Part shown: piece by piece, positions 49,438 to 59,331 of the stretch
How positions within the stretch are numbered: the first letter of the stretch is position 1
Layout: every line of letters starts with the position of its first letter
NCBI GenBank assembly: GCA_963677595.1
Contig: OY782041.1
Location: forward strand, 736,001 to 800,000
Source of the DNA: Spirochaetia bacterium
GTDB taxonomy: Bacteria; Spirochaetota; Spirochaetia; CAKZLE01
Direction of reading: 5' to 3'
Length of the DNA stretch: 64,000 nt
Notes under the pieces: model-generated
What the model was told of the DNA's origin: nothing
Databases searched by the model: none
What the model saw: the letters and a program-made list of their open reading frames with translations, nothing else
Made by a program: the position numbers and the translations under genes

Positions 49438-51595
49438 CCGGTCTTTTTACCAGAATTAGCGAGTATGCCCATTTTCCCCATTTCAGCCCTGTCTAGGGCT
49501 ATTTTTTTGGCCATTACGAATTTTTAAAGAAATATTACTGTGCTACGTTGTACCACGTTGCGCCACGCTACCAAATGTGTTACACTATATTACACAGGAG
49601 GTAGCCCATGTATGTCTCCGTTATCCCAGAACACGCAACCGGCAAGCATCTGATGCAGTACGTCACAAGTACCCGCAAAGGGAAAAAGACTAAGAAAACC
49701 ACGGAGGAAACCATCGGCTATGTCGAGGACTTCCTTGATCGCTATGATGACCCGGTCGCTCACTTCAAAGCAGAGGCCAAGCGGATCACAGCAGAGCGGA
49801 AAGCTCAGCAGAAGACTATAGGGGTTGAACTCCAACCCGATGCACGGCTTCCCTTCGATCCGGATACCCACAGCTTCTCCCGTGAATTCAACATCGGCCA
49901 TGCGGCGATCAGTCAGGTATTCCACACCCTTGACCTCCACACCTTCTTTGATCGGCGCCGGATAAAGCTTGATGTGCAGTTCAATCTGACCGCTGTCATG
50001 AAACTCCTCATCTATGAGCGTATTCTGGCTCCTGCCTCCAAACGCGCTACCTGGAAGTCTCGAAGGCGATACTTTGACAAGATGGACTTCAATCTCAATG
50101 CGGTATACCAGACCCTTTCTCACATCAACCCCTGGACTGATGACCTGATCGCTCACCTGCATGCGAAGATGGTAGAACTCTATGACCGGGATACCACCCT
50201 CATGTACTATGATGTGACCAACTACTACTTTGAGATCGACGAAGCTGATGATTTTCGCATAAGGGGAATCTGCAAGGAGCACCGTCCGTTACCGATCGTG
50301 CAGATGGGGCTGTTCATGGATGAACAGGGCTTCCCGGTGTCCTTTGACTTGTTTCCCGGTAATGTCAATGACTGCCTGACCTTTGAAGCAATGAGCGAGC
50401 ATGCCAGAACCCTGTTTGAGGCCAAGCATCTGATCTTCGTAGCTGACAAGGCCATGCTCACGGGGAACAACATCGCAGATGTGATCCTCCATCATAACGG
50501 GTATGTCTTCAGCAAGTCGGTACGGGGCGGGACGAAAAAACTCAAGCAGGCGGTCAGGGATCCTCATGGCTATCTGCGGTTTGCGGAAGACGGGAAGCTC
50601 ATTGCGCCTGGTGACAACGAGACGGCAGTCTGGTCCAAGTACAAGATCCTTGATGAGCAGAAACCCACCTATGTGACGAACACGGACGGCAAGCGGGTAG
50701 CCTCCTCAGGTGTTGGCCACTACCAGATCATCTATTGGTCACGTGCGTATGACAAACGAGCCAAAGCGCAGCGGCTGGAAGCGGTAGAGCATGCGCTTGA
50801 TGCATCATCACGGCAGAGTAAGGAAGTCATCGACAGTAACTACGGGAAGAACAAGTATCTGATGACCATGGTCTATGATCCCCAGACCAAGAAGTATACC
50901 GACAACTATAAGGCCAAGACGGAGTTTGATGCTGCCAAGCTTGAAGAAGATGAGTCGTTTGACGGATTCTATGTCATTGAGACCAATGTGACGGGGCTCA
51001 GACCGTTTGTCGATGCCAGGGGACATGAGACCGGTGAACTCGAGCCTGCGTTTGCCACACCTCACCGCTGGCTCAAAGAAGAGGGCATGCTGCAGCTCAA
51101 CCGGCCGATTGGCCCTCTGGATATTATTACGATGTACCATGGGCTGTGGAAGATCGAACAGTCCTTCAGGGTCACCAAGAGTGAGTTGGATGCCCGTCCG
51201 GTCTTTCTGTCTTTAGAGGATCGAATTCATTCCCACTTCCTTACCTGCTTCATCGCTCTGCTCATCCTGCGTATCCTGGAGCATGAACTCGATCATGAAT
51301 TCTCAACAGAGCAGATAGGGACTTCCCTGAATCAGGCGAATGTCGCAGAGATCACTGGGGCAACGTACATGACTTTGCAGTACGATGAAGTCCAAAAGGC
51401 TTTGAAGGAAAAGATGGGAATCCCGTTCGGCATGAATGTATACTCGAGAGCTGCGATCAAGAAGATGATCGCTGAGACGAAAAAAAACCGGAAACGGTAG
51501 GGACGTACTACAAGTTTTTTTAGCCAGGTGCTGACCTATTGTGTTGTATTGCAATAGGTTAGCGCCGTCATTTCCTAAATTGGTAAAAACACAGG
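49438..51595 (+). mobile_element. IS1634-family insertion sequence #2 (2158 bp)
   Basis: Terminal IRs CCGGTCTTTTTACCA / revcomp CCTGTGTTTTTACCA (13/15), single transposase, 564-bp flanking DR. Confidence 0.93.
49608..51500 (+). CDS. IS1634-family DDE transposase
   Basis: YYDVTNYYFE, GICKEHRP.P.VQMGL, VADKA, YHGLWKIEQSFR..K. Confidence 0.95.
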   Translation: MYVSVIPEHATGKHLMQYVTSTRKGKKTKKTTEETIGYVEDFLDRYDDPVAHFKAEAKRITAERKAQQKTIGVELQPDARLPFDPDTHSFSREFNIGHAAISQVFHTLDLHTFFDRRRIKLDVQFNLTAVMKLLIYERILAPASKRATWKSRRRYFDKMDFNLNAVYQTLSHINPWTDDLIAHLHAKMVELYDRDTTLMYYDVTNYYFEIDEADDFRIRGICKEHRPLPIVQMGLFMDEQGFPVSFDLFPGNVNDCLTFEAMSEHARTLFEAKHLIFVADKAMLTGNNIADVILHHNGYVFSKSVRGGTKKLKQAVRDPHGYLRFAEDGKLIAPGDNETAVWSKYKILDEQKPTYVTNTDGKRVASSGVGHYQIIYWSRAYDKRAKAQRLEAVEHALDASSRQSKEVIDSNYGKNKYLMTMVYDPQTKKYTDNYKAKTEFDAAKLEEDESFDGFYVIETNVTGLRPFVDARGHETGELEPAFATPHRWLKEEGMLQLNRPIGPLDIITMYHGLWKIEQSFRVTKSELDARPVFLSLEDRIHSHFLTCFIALLILRILEHELDHEFSTEQIGTSLNQANVAEITGATYMTLQYDEVQKALKEKMGIPFGMNVYSRAAIKKMIAETKKNRKR

Positions 51596-52159
51596 CTATA
51601 ACATAGTCATAACCGAAAAATAAATCAAGTACCTGCAACACATTTTCACACTTTTTTTATCGAATGAAAACTGCTGCTTCAAACACTATACATAGCGTAA
51701 GATTCTTCTTCCTACGCTATATGGTCAATTCTTCATGGAAAAGGGCTGTCTGGTATTCTCCAGGACATCCCTCCAGAGGCTCCCCTCGATCTTGACCCTG
51801 TTGCGTTCTGCAACAGCTACCCGGATCGGGATATGCACGAACTTGTTGTTCAGGAGGCTGATCAGGGTCCTCGTCTTTCCCGCCATGGCAGCGTGGACCG
51901 CATGGGCCCCGAGCCGTGAGCAGTAGATGGAATCGTTCGGGTTGGCAGGGGCACTTCGGATGATGTAGCTCGGGTCGATGTACTTGATGTTGACCTCGAT
52001 CTCCTCATCATCGAAATACTGCGCGATCCTCTCCTTGAGGTACTCCCCGATGTTCACCAGCTTCTTGTTTCCTGAGGCATCGGTCTCCTTCGTCTCCTCG
52101 AGCAGGTTCTGTCCTGCTCCCTCAGCGACGAGGATGACGGCATGGTCCCGGTCGAGGAT
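51596..52159 (+). repeat. 564-bp direct repeat, right copy
   Basis: Identical to 48874-49437; contains pfk 3' end and downstream hairpin ATAGCGTA...TACGCTAT. Confidence 0.95.
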
Positions 52160-53053
52160 CCGCTTCTTCAGGTGTTCGAGCAGGCCGTTCGGCCCATTGA
52201 GGTCGAAGGGGTTCTCGGGGATGAGGCAGAAGTTGACATCACTCATCGCCAGGGCGGTATGGGCTGCGATGAACCCGGACTCACGCCCCATGACCTTCAC
52301 GAGTCCGATGCCGTTGATCGCGTCGGTCGCCTCGATGTGGGCTCCCCGTACCGACTGCACGGCAGTGCTCACGGCAGTATCGAACCCGAACGAGCTCTGG
52401 ATGAAGGAGAGGTCGTTATCGATGGTCTTCGGGATCCCCACGATGGCGATCCTCAATCCACGCTTCTCGATCTCCTCACCTACCTCGTCAGCTCCGCGCA
52501 GGGTCCCGTCGCCGCCGATGGTGATCAGGATGTTCACGTTCATCCGTTCGAGGGAATCAACGATCTCCTCGACCCGGTCACCGCTCCCGCGAGCTGAACC
52601 GAGGATCGTCCCGCCCTTCATCTGGATGTCATCGACGACATCCGGGTCGAGGGCAACAGGTTCATAGGGGCTGTCGGGCATGAGTCCGCGGTACCCGTAC
52701 TGGATGCCGCTGATCCTCCTGACCCCGTAGCGGTACCAGAGGCACCTAACGACTGCCCTGATGACGTTGTTGAGCCCCGGGCAGATCCCGCCGCAGGTGA
52801 CTACCGCCGCATGGACATGGGCGGGGTTGAAGTAGATCCTGTCACGGGGACCGGCAACCTCGATCAGGTCCTCATTGCCGATCTCGGGGATCCCGTCGTC
52901 TCCCGCATGGGCGTCGATATTGAAGAGGATCCGCTCGGAATCCTGTACGTAGTTGGCGATACTGTCACCCTTGATGTTTGACATCTCGATCGGTGACTTA
53001 ATCTTAGCCGGCCCGAGGGTCCGTATCGTGAAATCATAATGATTCTTTGTCAT
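51725..53053 (-). CDS. pfkA: ATP-dependent 6-phosphofructokinase (X-clade)
   Basis: [44 protein letters not shown]. Confidence 0.93.
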   Translation of the reverse strand: MTKNHYDFTIRTLGPAKIKSPIEMSNIKGDSIANYVQDSERILFNIDAHAGDDGIPEIGNEDLIEVAGPRDRIYFNPAHVHAAVVTCGGICPGLNNVIRAVVRCLWYRYGVRRISGIQYGYRGLMPDSPYEPVALDPDVVDDIQMKGGTILGSARGSGDRVEEIVDSLERMNVNILITIGGDGTLRGADEVGEEIEKRGLRIAIVGIPKTIDNDLSFIQSSFGFDTAVSTAVQSVRGAHIEATDAINGIGLVKVMGRESGFIAAHTALAMSDVNFCLIPENPFDLNGPNGLLEHLKKRILDRDHAVILVAEGAGQNLLEETKETDASGNKKLVNIGEYLKERIAQYFDDEEIEVNIKYIDPSYIIRSAPANPNDSIYCSRLGAHAVHAAMAGKTRTLISLLNNKFVHIPIRVAVAERNRVKIEGSLWRDVLENTRQPFSMKN

Positions 53054-53405
53054 GTGCAAGTTCCTCATTTAATGCTCCCTCGAACTCAGTGAATCGTTCG
53101 TTGGCATACTGCTTGACATCCTGCTGAAACTCATCATACAGGGTGATTAGCCGCTTCCCCAAAGGAGTCAGGACGGCACCTTCCCGGGCCTCCCCTCCTC
53201 TTCTTCTCTCAAGCACCTGACAGTCGAGTTCCTGCTCCAGGTTCTTCAGCATGCTGAATGCCTTGGAGTAGGAGATCCCGAGGCCTGCAGCGGCACTGCG
53301 GATTGATCCCTCGAGGGAGATCTCCTGCAGGAGCCACAGGACCCCGATCCCCATGAACTTCTCATGGGTCCCGCCGGTCAGGTAGATCTTGAGTTTCAGT
53401 TCCAT
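53034..53405 (-). CDS. ModE N-terminal-like winged-helix regulator
   Basis: G...LL..I...GSI..AA..LGISY.KA...RGG...GA.LT..G; no molybdate-binding domain. Confidence 0.82.
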   Translation of the reverse strand: MELKLKIYLTGGTHEKFMGIGVLWLLQEISLEGSIRSAAAGLGISYSKAFSMLKNLEQELDCQVLERRRGGEAREGAVLTPLGKRLITLYDEFQQDVKQYANERFTEFEGALNEELAHDKESL

Positions 53406-54685
53406 AGTTCTCCGGCAGCATCGAACAGGGTCTTGTAGAGGTCTTCTACATCATCGACATCAACACTGGAGAAGGCTATCCTCAGGTACTTCCCCGCTAT
53501 GGAGATCGCACCGATGCCGTAGGTTTCCAACAGGTGGAGTCGCAGGGCTTCGGCATCACCCTTGCAGGTGAAGGTCATGAAGTAACCGGAGTTGAACGGG
53601 AGCGGGACGAGAGTATCGTTATCGCTGTACTCAGCGAGGACTTCCCGTACCTTGAGGTAGCGTGCCTTCAGAACCTTGAACGCCTCGGCTTTCTCCGATT
53701 CATAGGTCGGGCTCTGCAGAGCTTTGAGCAGCAGCGACTGTGCAGGCCGGCTGCAGTTCGACACGGAGGACCGGATCGCACCCATGGTCTTCTTTACCAG
53801 GGCATCGTACTGCGCCTCGGTGAACCCCTTGCAGCCGTACGTCAGGAAACCAACACGGAACCCCCAGACGAAATCCTCCTTGGTGGACCCATCGACCTTC
53901 ACGGCCAGGATGTTCTCGTGCAGGTCCGCGATATAGGCGAACAGTGACTGTTTTGCGGTCTCTTCCTCATAGAAGAGGCCGAAGTATGCATCATCGGTGA
54001 TCACGAGGATCTTCTTCCCGAGATCCGCCTGCCGCTTGAGGATGGCCACGATGGCCTCAGCCTCGGCAGTCGACGGGGAGTACCCGGTAGGGTTGTTCGG
54101 GAAGTTGAGGATGAGGGCGGCTTTATCGCCGGGGGTCCCCTCGATGCTCTTCTCGAGCCCCTCGAGGTTGATCATGCCGTTCTCGGCGAAGAACGCGAAC
54201 GGGACGATGGTCGATTCCCTCCGTTCCTCGAAGATCAGGCGGTAGTTGCCCCAGAACATATCGGGGATGATGATCGTATCGCCCTCGTCGAGGAAGAGGT
54301 CTGCAGCCATGAGGATCCCATGGGTGAGGCCGCTGGTGACCAGCGGGTTGGAGATCGCGACCCCGTCAAGCAGCGGGTTCTTCTTCACCATCTCCTGCTT
54401 CCAGGCAGCCCGCAGTTTCGCGTCCCCTGGAGTCGGGGCGTAGGTGAAGATATCACCGGCATCCAATCCCGGGATAGATTCATGTATGGAGCTCAGGTAC
54501 ATGGGAGACGGTCCCTGTGTTGCCATACCTACGGTAGCATTGTATCGCGTAGCCTTCTGCTTCGCTTCTGCGGACTGGGCGACGATCCCCTTGGGGAAGT
54601 ACATCCGCTTTCCCAGGTCTGACAGCAGGGTCTGTGCGGCAGTACCCTCAAGGACCTGGTTCAACTCAACGGCGATTGAATTCAT
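53396..54685 (-). CDS. Class I/II PLP-dependent aminotransferase
   Basis: NFPNNPTGY, DDAY, DGSTKE (PLP Lys), WGFRVG. Confidence 0.92.
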   Translation of the reverse strand: MNSIAVELNQVLEGTAAQTLLSDLGKRMYFPKGIVAQSAEAKQKATRYNATVGMATQGPSPMYLSSIHESIPGLDAGDIFTYAPTPGDAKLRAAWKQEMVKKNPLLDGVAISNPLVTSGLTHGILMAADLFLDEGDTIIIPDMFWGNYRLIFEERRESTIVPFAFFAENGMINLEGLEKSIEGTPGDKAALILNFPNNPTGYSPSTAEAEAIVAILKRQADLGKKILVITDDAYFGLFYEEETAKQSLFAYIADLHENILAVKVDGSTKEDFVWGFRVGFLTYGCKGFTEAQYDALVKKTMGAIRSSVSNCSRPAQSLLLKALQSPTYESEKAEAFKVLKARYLKVREVLAEYSDNDTLVPLPFNSGYFMTFTCKGDAEALRLHLLETYGIGAISIAGKYLRIAFSSVDVDDVEDLYKTLFDAAGELWN

Positions 54686-54776
54686 ACTCGACCTCCTGGT
54701 CATTTTCTTCGGTTCTGTGCCTGATAGTATCGTAAGATCGAAACTATGTGAATATCTTATGATAGGTTATGAACAA

Positions 54777-56768
54777 CTATCGGCCTGACAATAGGATAAA
54801 TTCAGCTTCTTCCACGATCTCCACACCAAGTTTCTCAGCCTTGCTGAGTTTACTCCCTGCACCGGTACCGGCAAGCAGGTGGGTGGTCTTCCCGGTGACT
54901 GAGCTCACGACCCGGCCGCCGAGCTCCTTGATCAGCTCCTCGGCCAAAGAACGGGGCTTGAATTGGTCGAAACTGCCTGTCACGCACCAGACCTGGCCGG
55001 CAAAGACCATCAGTCCTTCAGCAGGCTGCTCCTTTGCGGCAGCCTCGAAGGAGAGGCCTGCCTCCCTGAGACGGGAGACCCGCTCCCGCAGCCCGGGGTC
55101 CGAGAACTCCCGGATGAGGCTCTCCGCGATCTTCTGTCCGATCCCCTTGATCGCGATGAACGGCTCACTCTCCCCGGCATCGACGAGCTCGAGCAGCAGG
55201 TCCATGGAGCTGATCCCGGCATCGATGAGGAGCTCCGCCATCCGCTTCCCCAGGTCGGGCACCCCGAGCGACCGGAGGACGACGGCATACTCCCGCTCCC
55301 GGCTCTTCTCGATGCTCTCCCGGATCTGCGCGACCTTCTTCTCCCCGAATCCCGGCTCTCCCTTGAGCCGGTCGTAATCGACCTGGTAGATATCGGGGAT
55401 GTCCTTCACCATCCCGAGGCTGATCAGGGTCGTGATCGTCTCCCTGCCGAGTCCCTCGATATCCATCTGGTCCCTCCCGACGAAGAAGACCAGCCGGCCG
55501 TATACCTGGTCAGGGCACTCCAGGTTGGGGCAGAAGTGGTGGGCCCCCTCCCTGACGAGGGCAGTACCGCAACTCGGGCAGGTCCCGGGCAGCTTCCAAA
55601 TACCGTTACCCTCGCTGTTCTTCTCCAGGACCTCCTCCACCGCAGGGATGACATCTCCCCGCTTCGAGACAGCGACCGAGTCCCCGATCGCGAGTTCGAG
55701 CATGTCGATATAATCCTGGTTATGGAGCGTCACGTTCGAGACGGTCGACCCGCCCACGAGGACCGGCCTGACCCTGGCCACGGGGGTCACCCTGCCCGTC
55801 CTGCCGATCTGGACGTCGATCGATTCCACGACCGTCGCCGAGGTAGGGGCCTCGAACTTGAAGGCCGTAGCCCAGCGCGGGTGGTGTTCGGTATAGCCGA
55901 GCTCCTCCCTGAGGGGGAGTTCATTCACCTTGATGACCAGCCCGTCGATCTCGTAGTCCAGGGCATCCCGTTCGGCGGTCCTCTCTAATATCCTCTCCCG
56001 CAGCTCTTCTTCGCTGCTGCAGAGTGTCGTATGCGGGTTGAGTCTGAACCCCAGGGCTTTCAGCTTTTCGAGCAGCTCGAGGTGCGTCCTCACCTCCGAG
56101 AAGAACCCCTCATACATGAAGGCATCAAGGGGAACCTTTGCAACCTCGCTGCTCCTGATCCGCCGGATCGTGCCTGCGGCCAGGTTCCTCGGGTTCGCAT
56201 ACGCGGTCTCCTGGTCCTTGTTGAGTTGTTCGAATGCGGCCTTCGGGAGGTAGATCTCGCCCCGTACCGCTATGTCGAGCGGTTCAGGCAGCCGCAGGGG
56301 TATGCTCCTGATCGTACGGACATTGGCCGTGACATCGTTGCCCACAGCGCCGTTCCCGCGGGTCACGGCCCGCGCGAGCAGCCCCTGCTCATAATAGAGA
56401 ACGATGGAGATGCCGTCGATCTTCTCCTCGAGGACGAATGAGACCGGCTCGTCGGTCCTGCCTTTGAGCCGCTCCATCCAGGAGAGCACCTCTTCCGGGG
56501 AGTAGGCTTTGTCCAGACTGAGGACCGGGATGGTATGGGCGACCTCGGGGAGGTCCGATGAGAGGTCCGACCCGACCCGGAGTGTCGGGGAGTCCTCCCG
56601 CCTGTACTGGGGATACTCACCCTCGAGACGGAGCAGGGTATCGAACTTGAGGTCATACTCACTGTCGCTCGCAGGCGAGGTGCCGCTGATGTAATAGGCC
56701 TGCTGGAGCTCATCGAGCTCTGATGACAGCCGGTCTATCTGCTGCCTGATCTTCTCTTCATCTCTCAT
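54777..56768 (-). CDS. ligA: NAD-dependent DNA ligase
   Basis: EKIDG, TRGNG, ANPRN.AAG, GRTG, Cys4 zinc finger, HhH, BRCT; alternative start 56786. Confidence 0.97.
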   Translation of the reverse strand: MRDEEKIRQQIDRLSSELDELQQAYYISGTSPASDSEYDLKFDTLLRLEGEYPQYRREDSPTLRVGSDLSSDLPEVAHTIPVLSLDKAYSPEEVLSWMERLKGRTDEPVSFVLEEKIDGISIVLYYEQGLLARAVTRGNGAVGNDVTANVRTIRSIPLRLPEPLDIAVRGEIYLPKAAFEQLNKDQETAYANPRNLAAGTIRRIRSSEVAKVPLDAFMYEGFFSEVRTHLELLEKLKALGFRLNPHTTLCSSEEELRERILERTAERDALDYEIDGLVIKVNELPLREELGYTEHHPRWATAFKFEAPTSATVVESIDVQIGRTGRVTPVARVRPVLVGGSTVSNVTLHNQDYIDMLELAIGDSVAVSKRGDVIPAVEEVLEKNSEGNGIWKLPGTCPSCGTALVREGAHHFCPNLECPDQVYGRLVFFVGRDQMDIEGLGRETITTLISLGMVKDIPDIYQVDYDRLKGEPGFGEKKVAQIRESIEKSREREYAVVLRSLGVPDLGKRMAELLIDAGISSMDLLLELVDAGESEPFIAIKGIGQKIAESLIREFSDPGLRERVSRLREAGLSFEAAAKEQPAEGLMVFAGQVWCVTGSFDQFKPRSLAEELIKELGGRVVSSVTGKTTHLLAGTGAGSKLSKAEKLGVEIVEEAEFILLSGR

Positions 56769-56851
56769 GCTGTGAACATCCCCCATAAACGCTGTGTTGC
56801 CGCCCTTTCAATATTGCAGGTACAGCAACTACATGATACTTTTAACATAGC

Positions 56852-58849
56852 ATGAATACAAGCATCACCTTCAACAAAGATATGAGTATCCATACCATCA
56901 GGCATCCCGACATGATCTTCGGGCAACTCGTCAGGTCATCGATCCCCAGGGGGACGGTCACCTCCATCACGCTCCCCAACCTCTCGAAGGACTTCATCGT
57001 GATCTCCGCACAGGATATACCGGGATCGAACAGTGTCCGGGTACTCGACGAGACGATACCGCTGCTCTCAGGAGACCATATCATCTACCGTGACCAGCCG
57101 ATCCTCGCGATCTTCGGTCCTGACCAGGAATCGGTCCATCAGGCCGTCTCGAACGTGGTGATTAGCTATGCTACCGGGGACCAGCCGTTGGAGGCTGACC
57201 AGTCCCCTGCCCATGAGGTGACCATGCACTGGGGAGACTGCGCGACCCTGCTGGAACAGGCTTCCTCGATCGAGGAGCATACCTACCTGACCGGGAACGA
57301 GGAGCGCACCCCCGCGACCCCCATCGGGGTGATCGCCGTCAGTGAGGGGGAAGAGCTCACGGTCTGGGCCACGACCCAGTGGCCGTTCCACATCAGGAAC
57401 ACCATCTCGGAGGCCTGCGGGCTCTCCAAGAGACGGGTCTCGGTCTACCAGAACCCCTACGACCATACATCAGCAGGACTGCTGGTCTGGCCTTCCGTGC
57501 TGGCCGCACTCGCATCGATCGCATCCATGAAGAGCGGGAAGCCTGCGAAGCTCCTCTCCCGCGACCCGATCCATCGTCCCGAGCTCATCATCACCAGGAA
57601 GACAGCCCTCGATGACGATATGCTCCCTGTTGCCGAGAAGGTGGACCTCCAGGTTCACCTCGGGGTCATCCCCCTCTTCGCAGACGAGATCCTTGCCCAG
57701 ATCATCACCGGGGCAGTCCCTATGTACCATCTCGAGGCGTGTGAGATCACGGCACGCATCGTGACCTCCCCTGCCGCCCCGCGACACTACTACTTCGGGT
57801 TCGGCTTCCCGCTCGGGCTCTTCTCCACGGCAGCCCATGCTGCCCATATAGCACGAAGGAGCATGGTGAACCCGGCAAACTGGCTCATGAAGGCAGTGAA
57901 GAACTCCCACGCAAGACCACGCCACCTCGTCCACCTGAGGACCGCACTCATCAAGGAGCTCATCGATCAGACGATAACCCGCTCAGATTTCTCCAGGAAG
58001 TTCGCCGTGTATGAGATGCAGAGGAGCCGCAACCGGATGATCTCCACCTTCACCGGCTATACCAGGGGTATGGGGATCGCTGCCGGCTCCGGGGTGAACG
58101 GGTTCTCCAACACCAGCATGAACGAGTACAACTTCTCCGTCGAGGTCACCCTCGACGTGAACGATGCCGTCAGGGTCCGCACCTCCATCATCCACTCCAA
58201 GGCACGGGAGATCTGGAGGGAGGCTATCAGGAGCCAGCTCGGGGTCGATCCTGAGGACATCGAGTTCAGTACCGGCTCCACTGCCGGGATGCTCGATTCC
58301 GGCCCGGACATCCTCGACCGGGACCTCACCGTGATCCCGATGCTCCTCAACCGGTGCTGCGAGTCGATCAAGAACCAGCGGTTCAAGGAGCCGCTGCCCA
58401 TCACGGTGAAGCGGTCCGTCAAGCGGACGAACAGGGCAGCGACCGATGAGGGCATGAAAGCCCAGTTCTCCCATGCGACCTGGGGAGCCATGGTGTTTGA
58501 ACTGACGATAGACCCGGTCTCGCTCAACCCGGAACCGATCGGGATCTGGATCACGGTCAGCTGCGGCAGGATCTATGACCGTGCCGCCCTGAAGAAGAAG
58601 ATCCAGTCGGCGATCCTCAGGGAGCTCGGGTCCATCATAGGGGGCGAAGCGAGGACCGGGCTGCAGCCGGCGATCGATATCCAGTTCCATGCAGATGAGG
58701 AGAGCGATACAGCAGACCCGACGCCGAACATCATCGGGCTGCTCTATGCTGCCTATACCTCAGCCCTTTCCCAGGCCCTGAACGAACCGGTCACCTCCAT
58801 CCCCGCAGGTGCCGGGGAGGTACTTGAATTCCTTGGAGGGAACTTGTGA
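56852..58849 (+). CDS. Xanthine dehydrogenase/aldehyde oxidoreductase large-subunit-like protein (degenerate)
   Basis: Hammerhead-like N-terminus (VRS..P.G..I, AQDIPG.N), TQWPF, RGMGIA; Moco motifs eroded. Confidence 0.75.
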   Translation: MNTSITFNKDMSIHTIRHPDMIFGQLVRSSIPRGTVTSITLPNLSKDFIVISAQDIPGSNSVRVLDETIPLLSGDHIIYRDQPILAIFGPDQESVHQAVSNVVISYATGDQPLEADQSPAHEVTMHWGDCATLLEQASSIEEHTYLTGNEERTPATPIGVIAVSEGEELTVWATTQWPFHIRNTISEACGLSKRRVSVYQNPYDHTSAGLLVWPSVLAALASIASMKSGKPAKLLSRDPIHRPELIITRKTALDDDMLPVAEKVDLQVHLGVIPLFADEILAQIITGAVPMYHLEACEITARIVTSPAAPRHYYFGFGFPLGLFSTAAHAAHIARRSMVNPANWLMKAVKNSHARPRHLVHLRTALIKELIDQTITRSDFSRKFAVYEMQRSRNRMISTFTGYTRGMGIAAGSGVNGFSNTSMNEYNFSVEVTLDVNDAVRVRTSIIHSKAREIWREAIRSQLGVDPEDIEFSTGSTAGMLDSGPDILDRDLTVIPMLLNRCCESIKNQRFKEPLPITVKRSVKRTNRAATDEGMKAQFSHATWGAMVFELTIDPVSLNPEPIGIWITVSCGRIYDRAALKKKIQSAILRELGSIIGGEARTGLQPAIDIQFHADEESDTADPTPNIIGLLYAAYTSALSQALNEPVTSIPAGAGEVLEFLGGNL

Positions 58850-59331
58850 AGATATCATGCATGCTGAACAGCAAACCGGTCTCGTTCAACACCTATTCCG
58901 ACAAGCCGCTGAACCTGCTGCTTACCGAGGAGGCCGATATTCCCTCGCTGCAGGTCGGCTGCGGCACCGGGAGGTGCGGGAACTGCATCATCCTCCTGGA
59001 TGAGAAACCGGTCCTCTCCTGCCTTGTGCCGGCATTCTCCGTGGCAGGGAGGAGGATCGTGACCTTCGAGGGGTTCACGAAGAGCCGCTACCATACCGAC
59101 ATCAGGCGGGCATACCGCCAAGTCGGGGCAGCCCCCTGCGACCACTGCTATGCGGCGAAGACCCTGCTCATCCACTCGATCATCAGCGACAACATGGACC
59201 CGGACCCAAAAGATATCATCCAGGAGATGGATATGAACTCCTGCAGCTGCGTGACCCACGAGGAGCTTGTCGCCATCGTCGGTGCAGCCGCAGGGTTCAG
59301 GAGGAGGAAGCGCCGTGTACGAAGGAGTTAG
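58846..59331 (+). CDS. 2Fe-2S subunit (CoxS/XdhC-like)
   Basis: GCGTGRCGNC...SCLVP...TFEG; CDHC and CSC. Confidence 0.85.
   Translation: MKISCMLNSKPVSFNTYSDKPLNLLLTEEADIPSLQVGCGTGRCGNCIILLDEKPVLSCLVPAFSVAGRRIVTFEGFTKSRYHTDIRRAYRQVGAAPCDHCYAAKTLLIHSIISDNMDPDPKDIIQEMDMNSCSCVTHEELVAIVGAAAGFRRRKRRVRRS

Noticed and set aside
49332-49514. 60-aa ORF spanning the IS #2 left junction
   Set aside because: Junction artefact, out of frame with the pfk fragment.
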